From: Bacteroidota bacterium
GTDB lineage: Bacteria > Bacteroidota > Bacteroidia > AKYH767-A > OLB10
NCBI GenBank assembly: GCA_016713925.1
Contig: JADJOH010000002.1
Coordinates: 371,701 to 435,700 of the forward strand
Direction of reading: 5' to 3'
DNA: 64,000 nucleotides
The first letter of the stretch is position 1, and each line of letters starts with the position of its first letter. Shown here piece by piece: positions 9,881 to 19,629 of the stretch. Both the position numbers and the translations under genes were made by a program. Below the pieces are notes generated by a model. It was not told the DNA's origin. It ran no database searches and was given only the letters and a program-made list of their open reading frames with translations.

Positions 9881-10782
9881 AAGAATTCCGGCACCATTGC
9901 AGATTGATGGGCAGTGCCTTTGAGTTCATCGTCATCGCTGCTGATGAACAGGAAGCGGATATTTTTTTTAAAGCAGGTAAAGAAGAGGTCTTCCGGATAG
10001 AAAAACTTTTGACTGAATTCAGTCCGGATTCTGAAACAGCGCGTATCAACGCTATGGAAGCGCATAAAATTTACACCATCAACGCGGAAGTCTATAGTTT
10101 ACTGGAACGTTGTAAAAAACTTTCGGAAATCTCTCAGGGCGCTTTCGACATCACTATAGGTCCATTGAAAAAGCTATATCGCTTTCAGGGTGAAGAAGGT
10201 GTATTTCCAAAGGAAGAAGAATTAAAAGCGACGCTATCCAGAACAGGTTTCCAACATATTCTGCTACTTGGCAACAACCGCATTTTTCTGGAGAAAAGAG
10301 GTATGAAAATCAGCTTTGCAGCCATTGGCAAAGGTTATGCTGCGGACCGGGTACGGAAAATATGGAAGGAGATGGAACTCACGGGAGGTGTTATCAACGC
10401 CAGCGGAGACCTCTCGGTGATGGGTACACGTGCAGATGGAAGTAACTGGCAAACCGGAATTGCTGATCCCGGGAAAGAAACCTTATTGATGAAAGTCAAT
10501 ATGCCCACGTTCTCGGTTGCGACCTCCGGCGACTATGAACAATTCTTTATGTACAAGGGAGAGAAGTACAGTCATACCCTTCATCCTAAAACCGGACTAC
10601 CGCTCAAGGGTATACGAAGTGTGAGTGTATTTAGTCCCTCGGCAGAACTCAGCGACGCATTGGCCACTGCAGTTTACGTGATGGGTCTTGAAGCAGGAAA
10701 ACATTTTATACAGCAATTACCCGGCACTTATTGCGTGATCGCCCATGAAAACAAACAGGTATACTCGAATCTTCCCTCGTAA
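9877..10782 (+). CDS. apbE: FAD:protein FMN transferase (ApbE family)
   Basis: 301 aa. N-terminal LMGSAFEF motif and overall ApbE-like sequence. Translationally coupled to the upstream thioredoxin gene. Confidence 0.7.
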   Translation: MKEFRHHCRLMGSAFEFIVIAADEQEADIFFKAGKEEVFRIEKLLTEFSPDSETARINAMEAHKIYTINAEVYSLLERCKKLSEISQGAFDITIGPLKKLYRFQGEEGVFPKEEELKATLSRTGFQHILLLGNNRIFLEKRGMKISFAAIGKGYAADRVRKIWKEMELTGGVINASGDLSVMGTRADGSNWQTGIADPGKETLLMKVNMPTFSVATSGDYEQFFMYKGEKYSHTLHPKTGLPLKGIRSVSVFSPSAELSDALATAVYVMGLEAGKHFIQQLPGTYCVIAHENKQVYSNLPS

Positions 10783-10993
10783 ATATCACCCGTTCCTCCT
10801 TGGGCTTGGGGTATTACTACTCGCGCAAGGATGTCAGGCGGTGAAACCCTATCAGCGCGCTTACTTAAACGATCGGGCCATGGAGATCAACGGAAAACCC
10901 ATCAGGGCCTTTGAAGATTATTTCGAAAGCATCCGCGAAGGCGCCACCTTTCCGGGAGGAGAAAAAACAAGCGGGGGCTGTGGTTGCAACTGA
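10745..10993 (+). CDS. DUF4266-like small lipoprotein
   Basis: 82 aa. Lipobox-like LLLAQGC. C-terminal ...GGCGCN is typical of DUF4266. Confidence 0.5.
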   Translation: MKTNRYTRIFPRKYHPFLLGLGVLLLAQGCQAVKPYQRAYLNDRAMEINGKPIRAFEDYFESIREGATFPGGEKTSGGCGCN

Positions 10994-11511
10994 GCATGAG
11001 AAAAAAAATCATCATCGCCGGATTCATTACGCTTTCCTTCGCAGGCAGGGCGCAACAGCGTGATTCGATCTTTCGTTCCAAACCCATAGACCCTACCGAA
11101 ATCAAAGCGCTCTTCTCCTCCTACTTCCAGGATGGAACACATAGCGCAGTTACGGGTGGTTCAGGCACCGAGAAACTTAATGTGCAGGCGACTACTTTTC
11201 AACTGACACATGCGATTGGGGAAAAACTCTCGTTGAACTGGAAGGCCGGCATCGACGTCATCACTTCCGCCTCCACTGATAATATTGACTATGTGCTTTC
11301 GTCTGCGTCCAGAATTGACAGAAGAGGACATGCTAACGGGACCCTTATACGAAAAGGGGAGAATGAGCAGATGATGTCAATCGGTTCCGGCATCTCCGTC
11401 GAATCGGATTATCTGGCTGTTCCCCTTCAGTTCAGCTATGCGACGAAGAAAGACAGCAGCGGCAGACAATTACGAATAAATGTCGACGCTTCCTTTGATG
11501 ATCTTCGCTGA
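10984..11511 (+). CDS. DUF3570 family protein, N-terminal part, ending at an in-frame TGA
   Basis: Signal peptide. Same reading frame as the 11518-12228 ORF. Combined length of about 413 aa matches DUF3570. Confidence 0.5.
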   Translation: MQLSMRKKIIIAGFITLSFAGRAQQRDSIFRSKPIDPTEIKALFSSYFQDGTHSAVTGGSGTEKLNVQATTFQLTHAIGEKLSLNWKAGIDVITSASTDNIDYVLSSASRIDRRGHANGTLIRKGENEQMMSIGSGISVESDYLAVPLQFSYATKKDSSGRQLRINVDASFDDLR

Positions 11512-11517
11512 GGACGA

Positions 11518-12228
11518 TTGAATCCGGATTATTACAGAGCGGTACGATTAGTTTATCCTGCCGGGTTGCGCTACAAAGAATGGTCGACTGAATACAAACG
11601 CCAATCGTATAATCTTCAGGCCGCTTATTCCTTCATCATAAATAGACGCATGCAGATGAATGTAATGCCCATGCTGAACTATCAACGTGGATTACTCAGT
11701 ACGCCTTTTCATCGGGTATACTTCAACGACGGCGACCTTCGTGTAGAAAAATTACCGAAGGAACGGTGGAAATTCGGCATGAGCTTTCTCAACACCTGGT
11801 TTGCAGGCAAGAAAAGTATTCTGCGAAGTGAGTTCGGATTTTACTCCGATAATTTTGGTATCCAGGCCCTCTCTTTTGAAGAAGAACTCAGCTATAAGTT
11901 CACCAACCGTTTCTACGCCGGACCATTCCTCCGCCTCTACACACAAAGTGCATCGCATTATTTCAACACCATATCAGCTCATCTTCCCAACGCTGAATTC
12001 TACACCTCCGACTACGACCTTTCCGCATTCAATGCCATCAAAGCCGGAATGGAATTTTACTTCCTACCCCTTCAAAAAAAACAACGCAACTACTTCACAA
12101 AAGGCATCGGTCTGCGCCTGGCATGGTATCAACGTTCCGATGGCCTAACAGCCGTGATGGGAACATTGCTCTTTGACATCAACCAACGTGGGAGGCAAAA
12201 AAATTATCTTACACCAAAATACAATTGA
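11518..12228 (+). CDS. DUF3570 family protein, C-terminal part, in frame with the preceding ORF
   Basis: Track ORF starts at TTG. It continues the frame of 10984-11511 after a single TGA at 11509-11511. Confidence 0.45.
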   Translation: MNPDYYRAVRLVYPAGLRYKEWSTEYKRQSYNLQAAYSFIINRRMQMNVMPMLNYQRGLLSTPFHRVYFNDGDLRVEKLPKERWKFGMSFLNTWFAGKKSILRSEFGFYSDNFGIQALSFEEELSYKFTNRFYAGPFLRLYTQSASHYFNTISAHLPNAEFYTSDYDLSAFNAIKAGMEFYFLPLQKKQRNYFTKGIGLRLAWYQRSDGLTAVMGTLLFDINQRGRQKNYLTPKYN

Positions 12229-12394
12229 TGAATTATTGAATTAATGATCTCCCTGCCGGGAGACAAGATTGATGAATGTTTTGAAAGAATATAGGAAATA
12301 ATTTTTAATAAAAAATCCTCCGTGCCCCTTCGTGTCCTTAGTGCCTTAGTGGTTAAAAAGGAAAATTCCTTGGAAGACGTCAATCTCCATGCAC

Positions 12395-13924
12395 TTACAA
12401 TTTGATAGTTTTTGACGAAACACTTTCCGAATCAGTAATAAGATTGACCAGATAAACCCCATTCGCCACCGCATTCATCGGTATCTCTCCCGTCACATAC
12501 CCTCCTGCAATCACCTCCATTTTTTTCTCAAACACCAACCTCCCTTCCATATCAAACAACCGCAAACTTCCCGTTCTTCCTTTAAGTTTGGAGGCGTTGA
12601 CGTGAATCATATTCCACTCACTATTATACCAGGCTTGAAAAAACACCTCCTGCTCCGGTACATTATCATCCACCCCAACACTCAGCGTATCACAAGGACT
12701 CCCTACCCATGCACCGAGTTCATAATCGGGATTGTTGGGGAGGCCGTAATAGGAGCGGCCAGTTCCTAAATTAAAACTGAAGGGTTGAAAGTCACAGGCT
12801 GCTCCTAAGGAATCCGGATGATTAATTACACTTAAATTATTATTTATGGTAGTATAAGCGGTACTTGTATCAGGATATGGCCATGAATAATTTTCATCAA
12901 AAGCAGCTATATAAATCTTACCATCCGGTGCCAATTTCATTTGCCAGGGAGCTTGTGGAGCAACCATACTATCAATGATAACTTTGCTTTGAGAAATATT
13001 GGAAGAAAGTAAATCATACTGCACTAAATAGTATGTGTCGATTAACTGATCCAGATCCAGTATGTATAATTTAGAATCGTCACCTGAAAAGGCACACGTT
13101 GGATAAAGATGGATATAAGGTTGGCCGGGTGGTTCTTGTTCAACTGGTATTGTTGCTGTAATCATTCCGGTACACCTGTCAAAATCATATAACTCAACTA
13201 ATCCACGTCCGCTGATATTTGCAAATTTTGTTCCATCACTTGAAAAAACAAGCTGTCCAATATTCGTTGTATGATTGTTTCCGATATTTTGTACTGATGG
13301 TCCGGATATCCCCGTAGGAGAAATCAAATAAATCCGGAATTCATTGTTAGGAGTTTGTGCATTAGGTGCAACCCATTGCTGAGTAATCAACCACCAATCA
13401 CGACCATTACCATGTTTTACAGCCATTAATGCATCAAATGCAGGAAAAGTGTTAAGCACTATATTTTTCTGAATTACAAGCCCTGAATCATTATTAGCTT
13501 TATAGTTTACTTTCGAATAATATAGTCCATAACTTTCTACTGAAGTTACACCTGCCGTAAGTAAATAGATGTTTGAATCATTCCCCGGATCAGGAACAAA
13601 TAAACTCGCATGATACCATAGACCACCTTTAATTCTAATTGAATCACCTATTCGCTTACCATATTTGTTCCATATAAAACAATCAAGTGGTGCCGAATTA
13701 TTAATTAATCCAGCACTCATTAATAGTCCATTTTGATTACCAATGGATGAGCTGCCATTTCGATAGTAATATGGACCATTTCCAACTGCTGGAGCCGCAG
13801 TATTACTCCAATCTATATAAGCACTGTCTCCAAACACCCAGTAGTTGTTATTGAACTGAGCAACCACCTTCCCACACCCTACAACCGCAGTCATCAACAA
13901 CAAAGCGCAAAAGAATTTTTTCAT
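12395..13924 (-). CDS. Secreted protein with T9SS C-terminal sorting domain
   Basis: Likely start MKKFFCALLLMTAVVGCG (the track ORF extends to 13969). C-terminus ...NGVYLVNLITDSESVSSKTIKL is CTD-like. Confidence 0.6.
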   Translation of the reverse strand: MKKFFCALLLMTAVVGCGKVVAQFNNNYWVFGDSAYIDWSNTAAPAVGNGPYYYRNGSSSIGNQNGLLMSAGLINNSAPLDCFIWNKYGKRIGDSIRIKGGLWYHASLFVPDPGNDSNIYLLTAGVTSVESYGLYYSKVNYKANNDSGLVIQKNIVLNTFPAFDALMAVKHGNGRDWWLITQQWVAPNAQTPNNEFRIYLISPTGISGPSVQNIGNNHTTNIGQLVFSSDGTKFANISGRGLVELYDFDRCTGMITATIPVEQEPPGQPYIHLYPTCAFSGDDSKLYILDLDQLIDTYYLVQYDLLSSNISQSKVIIDSMVAPQAPWQMKLAPDGKIYIAAFDENYSWPYPDTSTAYTTINNNLSVINHPDSLGAACDFQPFSFNLGTGRSYYGLPNNPDYELGAWVGSPCDTLSVGVDDNVPEQEVFFQAWYNSEWNMIHVNASKLKGRTGSLRLFDMEGRLVFEKKMEVIAGGYVTGEIPMNAVANGVYLVNLITDSESVSSKTIKL

Positions 13925-14103
13925 CACAATAAAATTACGGAAAAAATTTGTAAAAAACATAGCGCTCAATAAAATTCTGGTGGGCCGCAGATTTGTTAAG
14001 ATTATTATGATTTGTTAGGAGAACTCGCCGCGCACGCCGCTTTCCCGATACTTCAGGACGTTGCCTTCCCATCGCTTAAACTAAGGTCACTTTTAGGAAG
14101 ATG

Positions 14104-16476
14104 TTACAATTTCACCAGTCGTTCGGTCACTTCAAGTTGTCCGGTAAGAACACGCACCAGATAGACACCTTTGGGGTGTTTGCTGAGATCAATGGAAATT
14201 CCTTTTCCTGCAGAGAGGACTTCCACCGAAGTATAGATCACTCTTCCCATTGCATCAAGCACAGTGATGTTCGCCCTTTCGCCATTGAGCACATCGGTAG
14301 AGATAGCAAAAACACCCTCCGAAGGATTCGGGGTAATCTTGACAAGTCCGCTTTGATAGAGAATATTGATACCGGTCACTGTAACACAACCGTTGAAAAT
14401 GCTTTTCAGGGTTTCTTCGTAATCGGCATTCACGGCCGCGTTGATGGAAGCTACACAAACGGTTGTACTTGTCAATGTACTGAAATACACTCTGACAAAG
14501 GGCATTGCTGTAAGTTGTTTGCCCAATGAAACTTCAGCAGTGTCCAGCAAAGCAATGCGTCCGGTAGCGGCATTCCATTCTATCAACGGATAAAAACCAC
14601 CCACAAGCGAAACCACAGAATCAATCACTACACCACTCATCGTAAAATCGAGGGCGAGTAAGCGGCAATCGGGATTGAGCATATTTAAATCAATATAGTT
14701 CAACGTTTGATTGACCATTCCGATTCCTAAATGCACTGTATCGTTGGTGTTGACAATGTTAAACGGAAACTCACAATGCCGATGCGTATTTTGCGTAGCT
14801 CCCGGGTGAACATGTGAACCATTTGTTTCACGAATACATCCGCTCACAAGAGCCGCATCCGTAACCGTGAGTGCATTATCTCCATTCACATCATTGCAAG
14901 GCATGACAGCATTAAGTGCAGTGATATCTACGAGGTACTGGTCGACATCAATATCATTTCTTAATGTATCCACATTCAAATCACCACTAATACGACTGCC
15001 GTTACAATTCCCCATACAATCGTTGATGGCTAATCCAAATGTATCTCCGGCACAATCAATGATCGGCTGACAATTGGGGAGGACAGTGAACGAGGGTACA
15101 TTCGCTGTATCGCGAGTGATATTGATACAAACAGCGGCTACGTTATTATCAAATCGTTGCTCCTGTCTGCCGAGTTTATCCGGATCCTGATCCCAGTTAA
15201 CACGAACAACCAATGTATAACGTCCGGCAGGAATATTAGTAACGTCCAGCCATTGACAGGCCAGTCCGGCGCCATAGATATCTGCACAGCCTGCTGAGAT
15301 ACCCATATTGCTGCAACCGTATTTCGCCGTTCCTCCGAAGCACTGGAGATCAAGTACACAAAATCCATTTTTAAATCCTGCCTGCAGTGGCACTCCCAAA
15401 CTATCGTAAATATTATACATCGCATAGCCGGCATAATGCCAGTGGCCGTGACATTGATCAAAAACAAACTGTGAATTACCGGTAGCAGGAGCACCAATAT
15501 AATAATCAGCATCACCGATATTGGCGATACGCGTACTGAAGTTAATTACATTTCTGGCACCATAACCCGACAAACACCCTTCGCCAATCAGGCAAGCATC
15601 GTTACCGTTTACAATACCCATATTGAGCGATGACAGCAATGTATTCCCATCCACAATAAGATCAGGTCCTGAATTACAATTCGGATCCCCGGGATAAATA
15701 CAACTACCATTGCTCACTGTAGCCAAAGGATTATAGTTACAAGCCGCAGGATCCAGACAACCTACGATTGGTCCGGCAAAAGCGATCTGCCATTGGATGC
15801 TATCCGTAATGCAAGATGTATCACCTCCTACCCGAACATAATATGTTTGTCCGCTTTGCAAACCGGCAGGAATGAAGGCCTGTATGCCACAAGTGCTGTC
15901 GTTGTAAAAGAGTGTACCGGCCATGTCGTTGTTCCAAATGAGTCCGGCGCAATGATCATAGATCCACAACCGGGTATCACAACTATTGGAAGGAAAGCAA
16001 GTAGAAATATTATAGGTTCCGGTTGAATCCGGTGTAAAACTATGCCAGGTACTTGCACCGTATGCCGTGTAGAGAGTATCTTCATACACGGTGAATGCAC
16101 TCCCGCAATGTGTGCCGGGAGGACAATTGAGATAACTGTACTCGTTATATGTAAATTGACCGCCGGCTGCCTGAATAACACTATTCACCGCCACTGCATA
16201 GAAGCCATTTCCAAAACTACAGCACATCCCATCTCCATAAGTATCCCGGATTTCAAAAATCAGACAAATTCCCTGAGGGACGCAGAGTGTATCTCCTACT
16301 GCACCACCTGCAGCCAGAATGGTCCCGGATAAATCCTTTAAACTCCAACTGGTTTCCCCGGGAAATTGATCCGGTTGTATGGTCACTATGACCTCACTGA
16401 ATCCGGAAGGGCATTGTGCATGGAGAGTTATTGGCTTTAAGAATAAAACCAAGGCAAGCAATAAGAGATGTTTCAT
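14104..16476 (-). CDS. T9SS-secreted lysyl-oxidase-like copper amine oxidase domain protein with Cys-rich N-terminal region and dockerin-like Ca-binding repeats
   Basis: Signal peptide MKHLLLLALVLFLKPITLHAQ. LOX catalytic-domain signatures: FDQCHGHWHY (His-rich Cu site), AGFKNGFCVLD (candidate LTQ Lys), GCADIYGAGLACQWLDVTNIPAGRYTLVVRVN (candidate LTQ Tyr) and RFDNNV. DVNGDNALTVTDAAL is dockerin-like. CTD KGVYLVRVLTGQLEVTERLVKL. Confidence 0.6.
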   Translation of the reverse strand: MKHLLLLALVLFLKPITLHAQCPSGFSEVIVTIQPDQFPGETSWSLKDLSGTILAAGGAVGDTLCVPQGICLIFEIRDTYGDGMCCSFGNGFYAVAVNSVIQAAGGQFTYNEYSYLNCPPGTHCGSAFTVYEDTLYTAYGASTWHSFTPDSTGTYNISTCFPSNSCDTRLWIYDHCAGLIWNNDMAGTLFYNDSTCGIQAFIPAGLQSGQTYYVRVGGDTSCITDSIQWQIAFAGPIVGCLDPAACNYNPLATVSNGSCIYPGDPNCNSGPDLIVDGNTLLSSLNMGIVNGNDACLIGEGCLSGYGARNVINFSTRIANIGDADYYIGAPATGNSQFVFDQCHGHWHYAGYAMYNIYDSLGVPLQAGFKNGFCVLDLQCFGGTAKYGCSNMGISAGCADIYGAGLACQWLDVTNIPAGRYTLVVRVNWDQDPDKLGRQEQRFDNNVAAVCINITRDTANVPSFTVLPNCQPIIDCAGDTFGLAINDCMGNCNGSRISGDLNVDTLRNDIDVDQYLVDITALNAVMPCNDVNGDNALTVTDAALVSGCIRETNGSHVHPGATQNTHRHCEFPFNIVNTNDTVHLGIGMVNQTLNYIDLNMLNPDCRLLALDFTMSGVVIDSVVSLVGGFYPLIEWNAATGRIALLDTAEVSLGKQLTAMPFVRVYFSTLTSTTVCVASINAAVNADYEETLKSIFNGCVTVTGINILYQSGLVKITPNPSEGVFAISTDVLNGERANITVLDAMGRVIYTSVEVLSAGKGISIDLSKHPKGVYLVRVLTGQLEVTERLVKL

Positions 16477-16710
16477 TGGATCAACGCGTTTTGAGACTCT
16501 AAAGGTAGATAAAAAAACTGAAGTACTTTAAAAAAATTAAAAATGATAGTTATCAAGATGATCGACTTGAATCGCCGGTCCATTTCAACACAGCTTTCAA
16601 AACACCGGATCTGACGGAGTAGTAGTCAGAAGGCTGTTGTTAAGAATAAACAGGCACAATATTTTGAATCTCATGAGCTTCTGACAGTTGTCAACTATTC
16701 AGGGACGAGG

Positions 16711-16740
16711 GAAGATTTGCCTGTGTAATTACACTATTTT
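16711..16740 (+). promoter_or_regulatory. Putative Bacteroidetes sigma-A type promoter for the helicase gene (-33 TTTG / -7 TAnnTTTG)
   Basis: TTTG at about 16711 and TATTTTTG at about 16733, spaced about 18 nt apart, ending 7 nt before the ATG at 16747. Confidence 0.25.
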
Positions 16741-16746
16741 TGTTGT

Positions 16747-19164
16747 ATGAATAATTACCTCGACCTTCTCAACGAAGTACAGCGTGAAGCGGTGATGCAA
16801 ACAGATGGACCGGTGATGATCATCGCAGGCGCCGGCTCAGGAAAAACGAGGGTCCTCACTTTCCGCATTGCCTATCTCATCGAAAAAGGCAACGACCCCT
16901 TTAACATATTGGCACTGACTTTTACCAACAAGGCTGCGCGTGAAATGAAAGAGCGTATTTCCAAAGTAGTGGGGAATGAAGCCCGGAACTTATGGATGGG
17001 AACTTTCCACTCTGTATTTGCAAGAATATTGCGTAGCGAAGCCGATAAAATCAACTACCCTTCCAACTTCACCATCTATGATTCCGACGATAGCAAAAGT
17101 CTGATCAGGGATATTTTGAAAGAGCAAAACCTGGACGATAAAACGTACAAGCCTTCAGCAGTATTGAACAGAATTTCCTCTGCAAAAAACAACCTCTTCA
17201 ACTGGCAGGAATACCAGCAAAACAGTGAACTTACAGGAGATGATCAGTCGAGCGGAAAACCAAAGATGGGATTACTCTTTGAATTGTACAGCAAACGTTG
17301 CTTCAAAGCCGGAGCAATGGATTTTGATGATATCCTGTACAATACCTGGAAATTATTTCAGGAACATCCCGATGTACTGTATAAATATCAGACGAAGTTC
17401 AAGTACGTGATGGTAGATGAGTTTCAGGATACCAACTTCGCACAATACATCATCGTGAAAAAATTATCTGCCATGCATCAGAATATTTGTGTAGTGGGAG
17501 ATGATGCACAGAGTATTTATGCCTTTCGCGGTGCCAACATCCAGAATATCCTCAACTTTGAACGTGACTTTCCCGAGATAAAAACATACAAGCTGGAGCA
17601 GAATTACCGCAGCACCAAGACCATAGTTCAGGCGGCCAATTCTGTGATCACCTTCAACAAGAATCAACTTAAAAAAGAAGTCTGGACCGACAATCACCAC
17701 GGTGAAAAAATAAAACTCCTGAAAGCACTCAGTGATAATGAAGAAGGAAATCAGGTAGCCTTAAGCATCTTTGAAGAGAAGATGAACAAACATTACCGCC
17801 ATAAAGATTTCGCTATTCTTTATCGCACCAATGCGCAGAGTCGTTCGATGGAAGAAGCTTTGCGACGAAGAAATATTCCGTATAGGGTATTTGGAGGCGT
17901 TTCCTTCTACAACAGGAAGGAAATTAAAGATCTTCTGGCTTATTTCCGCATGGCGATCAATCCTCTGGACGAAGAAGCGATGAAACGCATCATCAATTAT
18001 CCGGCGAGAGGAATCGGAAAAACCACCATCGACAGAATTGTTGTGCACGCGGCGCAGGAGAATGTTTCGGTGTGGAATGTGCTCGAAAATATTCATGAAT
18101 TCAAAGCCGGTATCAACGGAGGTATCCGTGATAAGGTAGCTGAGTTTGCCGTGATGGTCAGAAGCTGGCAGGTGATGTTGCCCAATCACAGTGCCTATGA
18201 GCTGGCGAGTCATATCGCCTCTGCTTCCGGATTGCTCACCGAACTATACAATGACAGGACCCCGGAAGGTGTCAGTCATTATGAAAACGTCCAAGAACTA
18301 TTGAACGGTATCAAGGAGTTCAGTGAGCATGGAAAAATTCCACTGGAGTCCCCTTCTGCAGAACAGGATCTAAACGCCTTGCGTACTCTTGACCTTTACC
18401 TTCAGGACATCGCCCTCTTAACCGATGCCGACAATGACAAAGACGGTGATGACGATAAAGTTTCACTCATGACCATCCATAGTTCAAAAGGACTGGAGTT
18501 TAAAAATGTATACATCGTCGGACTCGAAGAAAATTTATTTCCCTCACAACTCAGTGTCAATTCACGAACTGATCTCGAAGAAGAACGACGATTGTTTTAT
18601 GTAGCCATCACCAGAGCAGAGATAAAGCTGACATTATCAATGGCGGCTACCCGTTACCGTTGGGGCAACCTGATCATGTGTGAACCCAGCCGGTTTTTAG
18701 AAGAAGTCGATAGTGAATGCATAGAAATGCCGGTACAACGCGGTGAGGCCTTATTTGATCAGGAAGATGAGCGGGGAGGATGGGGTAACTATGGAGGCGG
18801 AGGAGGCGGAGGAAATCGCAGTTTTCAGCGAAATGCGAAACCTTACCGCGGAAATTCACCGAAGTCCGGATCAAGTGCTGCAAAGAGTACCGTTAAACCC
18901 TCACCTGTGACCAACAGCAGCCCGGTACCACAAGGATTCAAAAAAATCAATGTGGCACAACCGGCTCCTCCGGTCAGTGATTTTATTGCGGATGATCCTT
19001 CAAAAATTACGACGGGCGTATTTGTCGAACATCAGCGTTTCGGGCGCGGACAAGTCATCAGCATTGAGGGCCGATCACCGGACCATAAAGCTACTATCCT
19101 TTTTGATGGTCAAGGACAAAAGCAACTGCTTCTGAAATTTGCGAAGCTTAGAGTGGTAGAGTAA
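16747..19164 (+). CDS. ATP-dependent DNA helicase, UvrD/PcrA/Rep family, with Gly-rich C-terminal extension
   Basis: 805 aa. Walker A AGAGSGKTRVLTFRIAYL, UvrD-helicase motifs throughout, and a C-terminal GGWGNYGGGGGGGN stretch. Confidence 0.85.
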   Translation: MNNYLDLLNEVQREAVMQTDGPVMIIAGAGSGKTRVLTFRIAYLIEKGNDPFNILALTFTNKAAREMKERISKVVGNEARNLWMGTFHSVFARILRSEADKINYPSNFTIYDSDDSKSLIRDILKEQNLDDKTYKPSAVLNRISSAKNNLFNWQEYQQNSELTGDDQSSGKPKMGLLFELYSKRCFKAGAMDFDDILYNTWKLFQEHPDVLYKYQTKFKYVMVDEFQDTNFAQYIIVKKLSAMHQNICVVGDDAQSIYAFRGANIQNILNFERDFPEIKTYKLEQNYRSTKTIVQAANSVITFNKNQLKKEVWTDNHHGEKIKLLKALSDNEEGNQVALSIFEEKMNKHYRHKDFAILYRTNAQSRSMEEALRRRNIPYRVFGGVSFYNRKEIKDLLAYFRMAINPLDEEAMKRIINYPARGIGKTTIDRIVVHAAQENVSVWNVLENIHEFKAGINGGIRDKVAEFAVMVRSWQVMLPNHSAYELASHIASASGLLTELYNDRTPEGVSHYENVQELLNGIKEFSEHGKIPLESPSAEQDLNALRTLDLYLQDIALLTDADNDKDGDDDKVSLMTIHSSKGLEFKNVYIVGLEENLFPSQLSVNSRTDLEEERRLFYVAITRAEIKLTLSMAATRYRWGNLIMCEPSRFLEEVDSECIEMPVQRGEALFDQEDERGGWGNYGGGGGGGNRSFQRNAKPYRGNSPKSGSSAAKSTVKPSPVTNSSPVPQGFKKINVAQPAPPVSDFIADDPSKITTGVFVEHQRFGRGQVISIEGRSPDHKATILFDGQGQKQLLLKFAKLRVVE

Positions 19165-19167
19165 ATT

Positions 19168-19202
19168 CGCTTCCGGCTTCCGGCTTCCAGCTGCCGGCTG
19201 TG
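19168..19202. repeat. Heptanucleotide tandem array GGCTNNN
   Basis: cgcttcc ggcttcc ggcttcc agctgcc ggctgtg, immediately after the helicase stop. Confidence 0.7.
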
Positions 19203-19431
19203 ATCGCGAACCGCAATAAGTTTGAAAAATAGTTGCCTAATGTACATTGTTGCTGTGTTCCTGAATTAATTTGAGATACCATAACAAAAGTCTTTCCTTT
19301 AAAATTATCACCTGCGCTTCTGAAACAGAGCAGGCAACTCTGAGCTGATCTTGCTGATTTCTACTAGTGGATGATTGCATATGAGAATATGGTTCGCAAG
19401 GTTTAACTACACTCTTATGCTAAAACAAATG

Positions 19432-19522
19432 AGCCGGTAGCTGGCAGCCGGAAGCCGGAAGCAAAGAGCTGGAAGCCGGTAGCTGGCAGCCGGAAGCAGA
19501 GAAATGCTAGCCGGAAGCAAAA
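19432..19522. repeat. Heptanucleotide tandem array AGCNNNN (13 units), inverted relative to the 19168 array
   Basis: agccggt agctggc agccgga agccgga agcaaag agctgga agccggt agctggc agccgga ... Confidence 0.7.
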
Positions 19523-19629
19523 TGTTGTATCGGAATTATAATTAATAGATGAACATAAATTTCACTAAAATGATAATCCAATAATCCTTAACTTTGGCAG
19601 TAAATAATACAGTACTTTCCTATAAATAC

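Noticed and set aside
11509-11511. In-frame TGA in DUF3570 as recoded (selenocysteine or alternative genetic code)
   Set aside because: All other genes in the window terminate normally at TGA (murA, acyl-CoA ligase and others). No SECIS-like element or selenoprotein context was seen. A nonsense mutation or sequencing error is far more likely.
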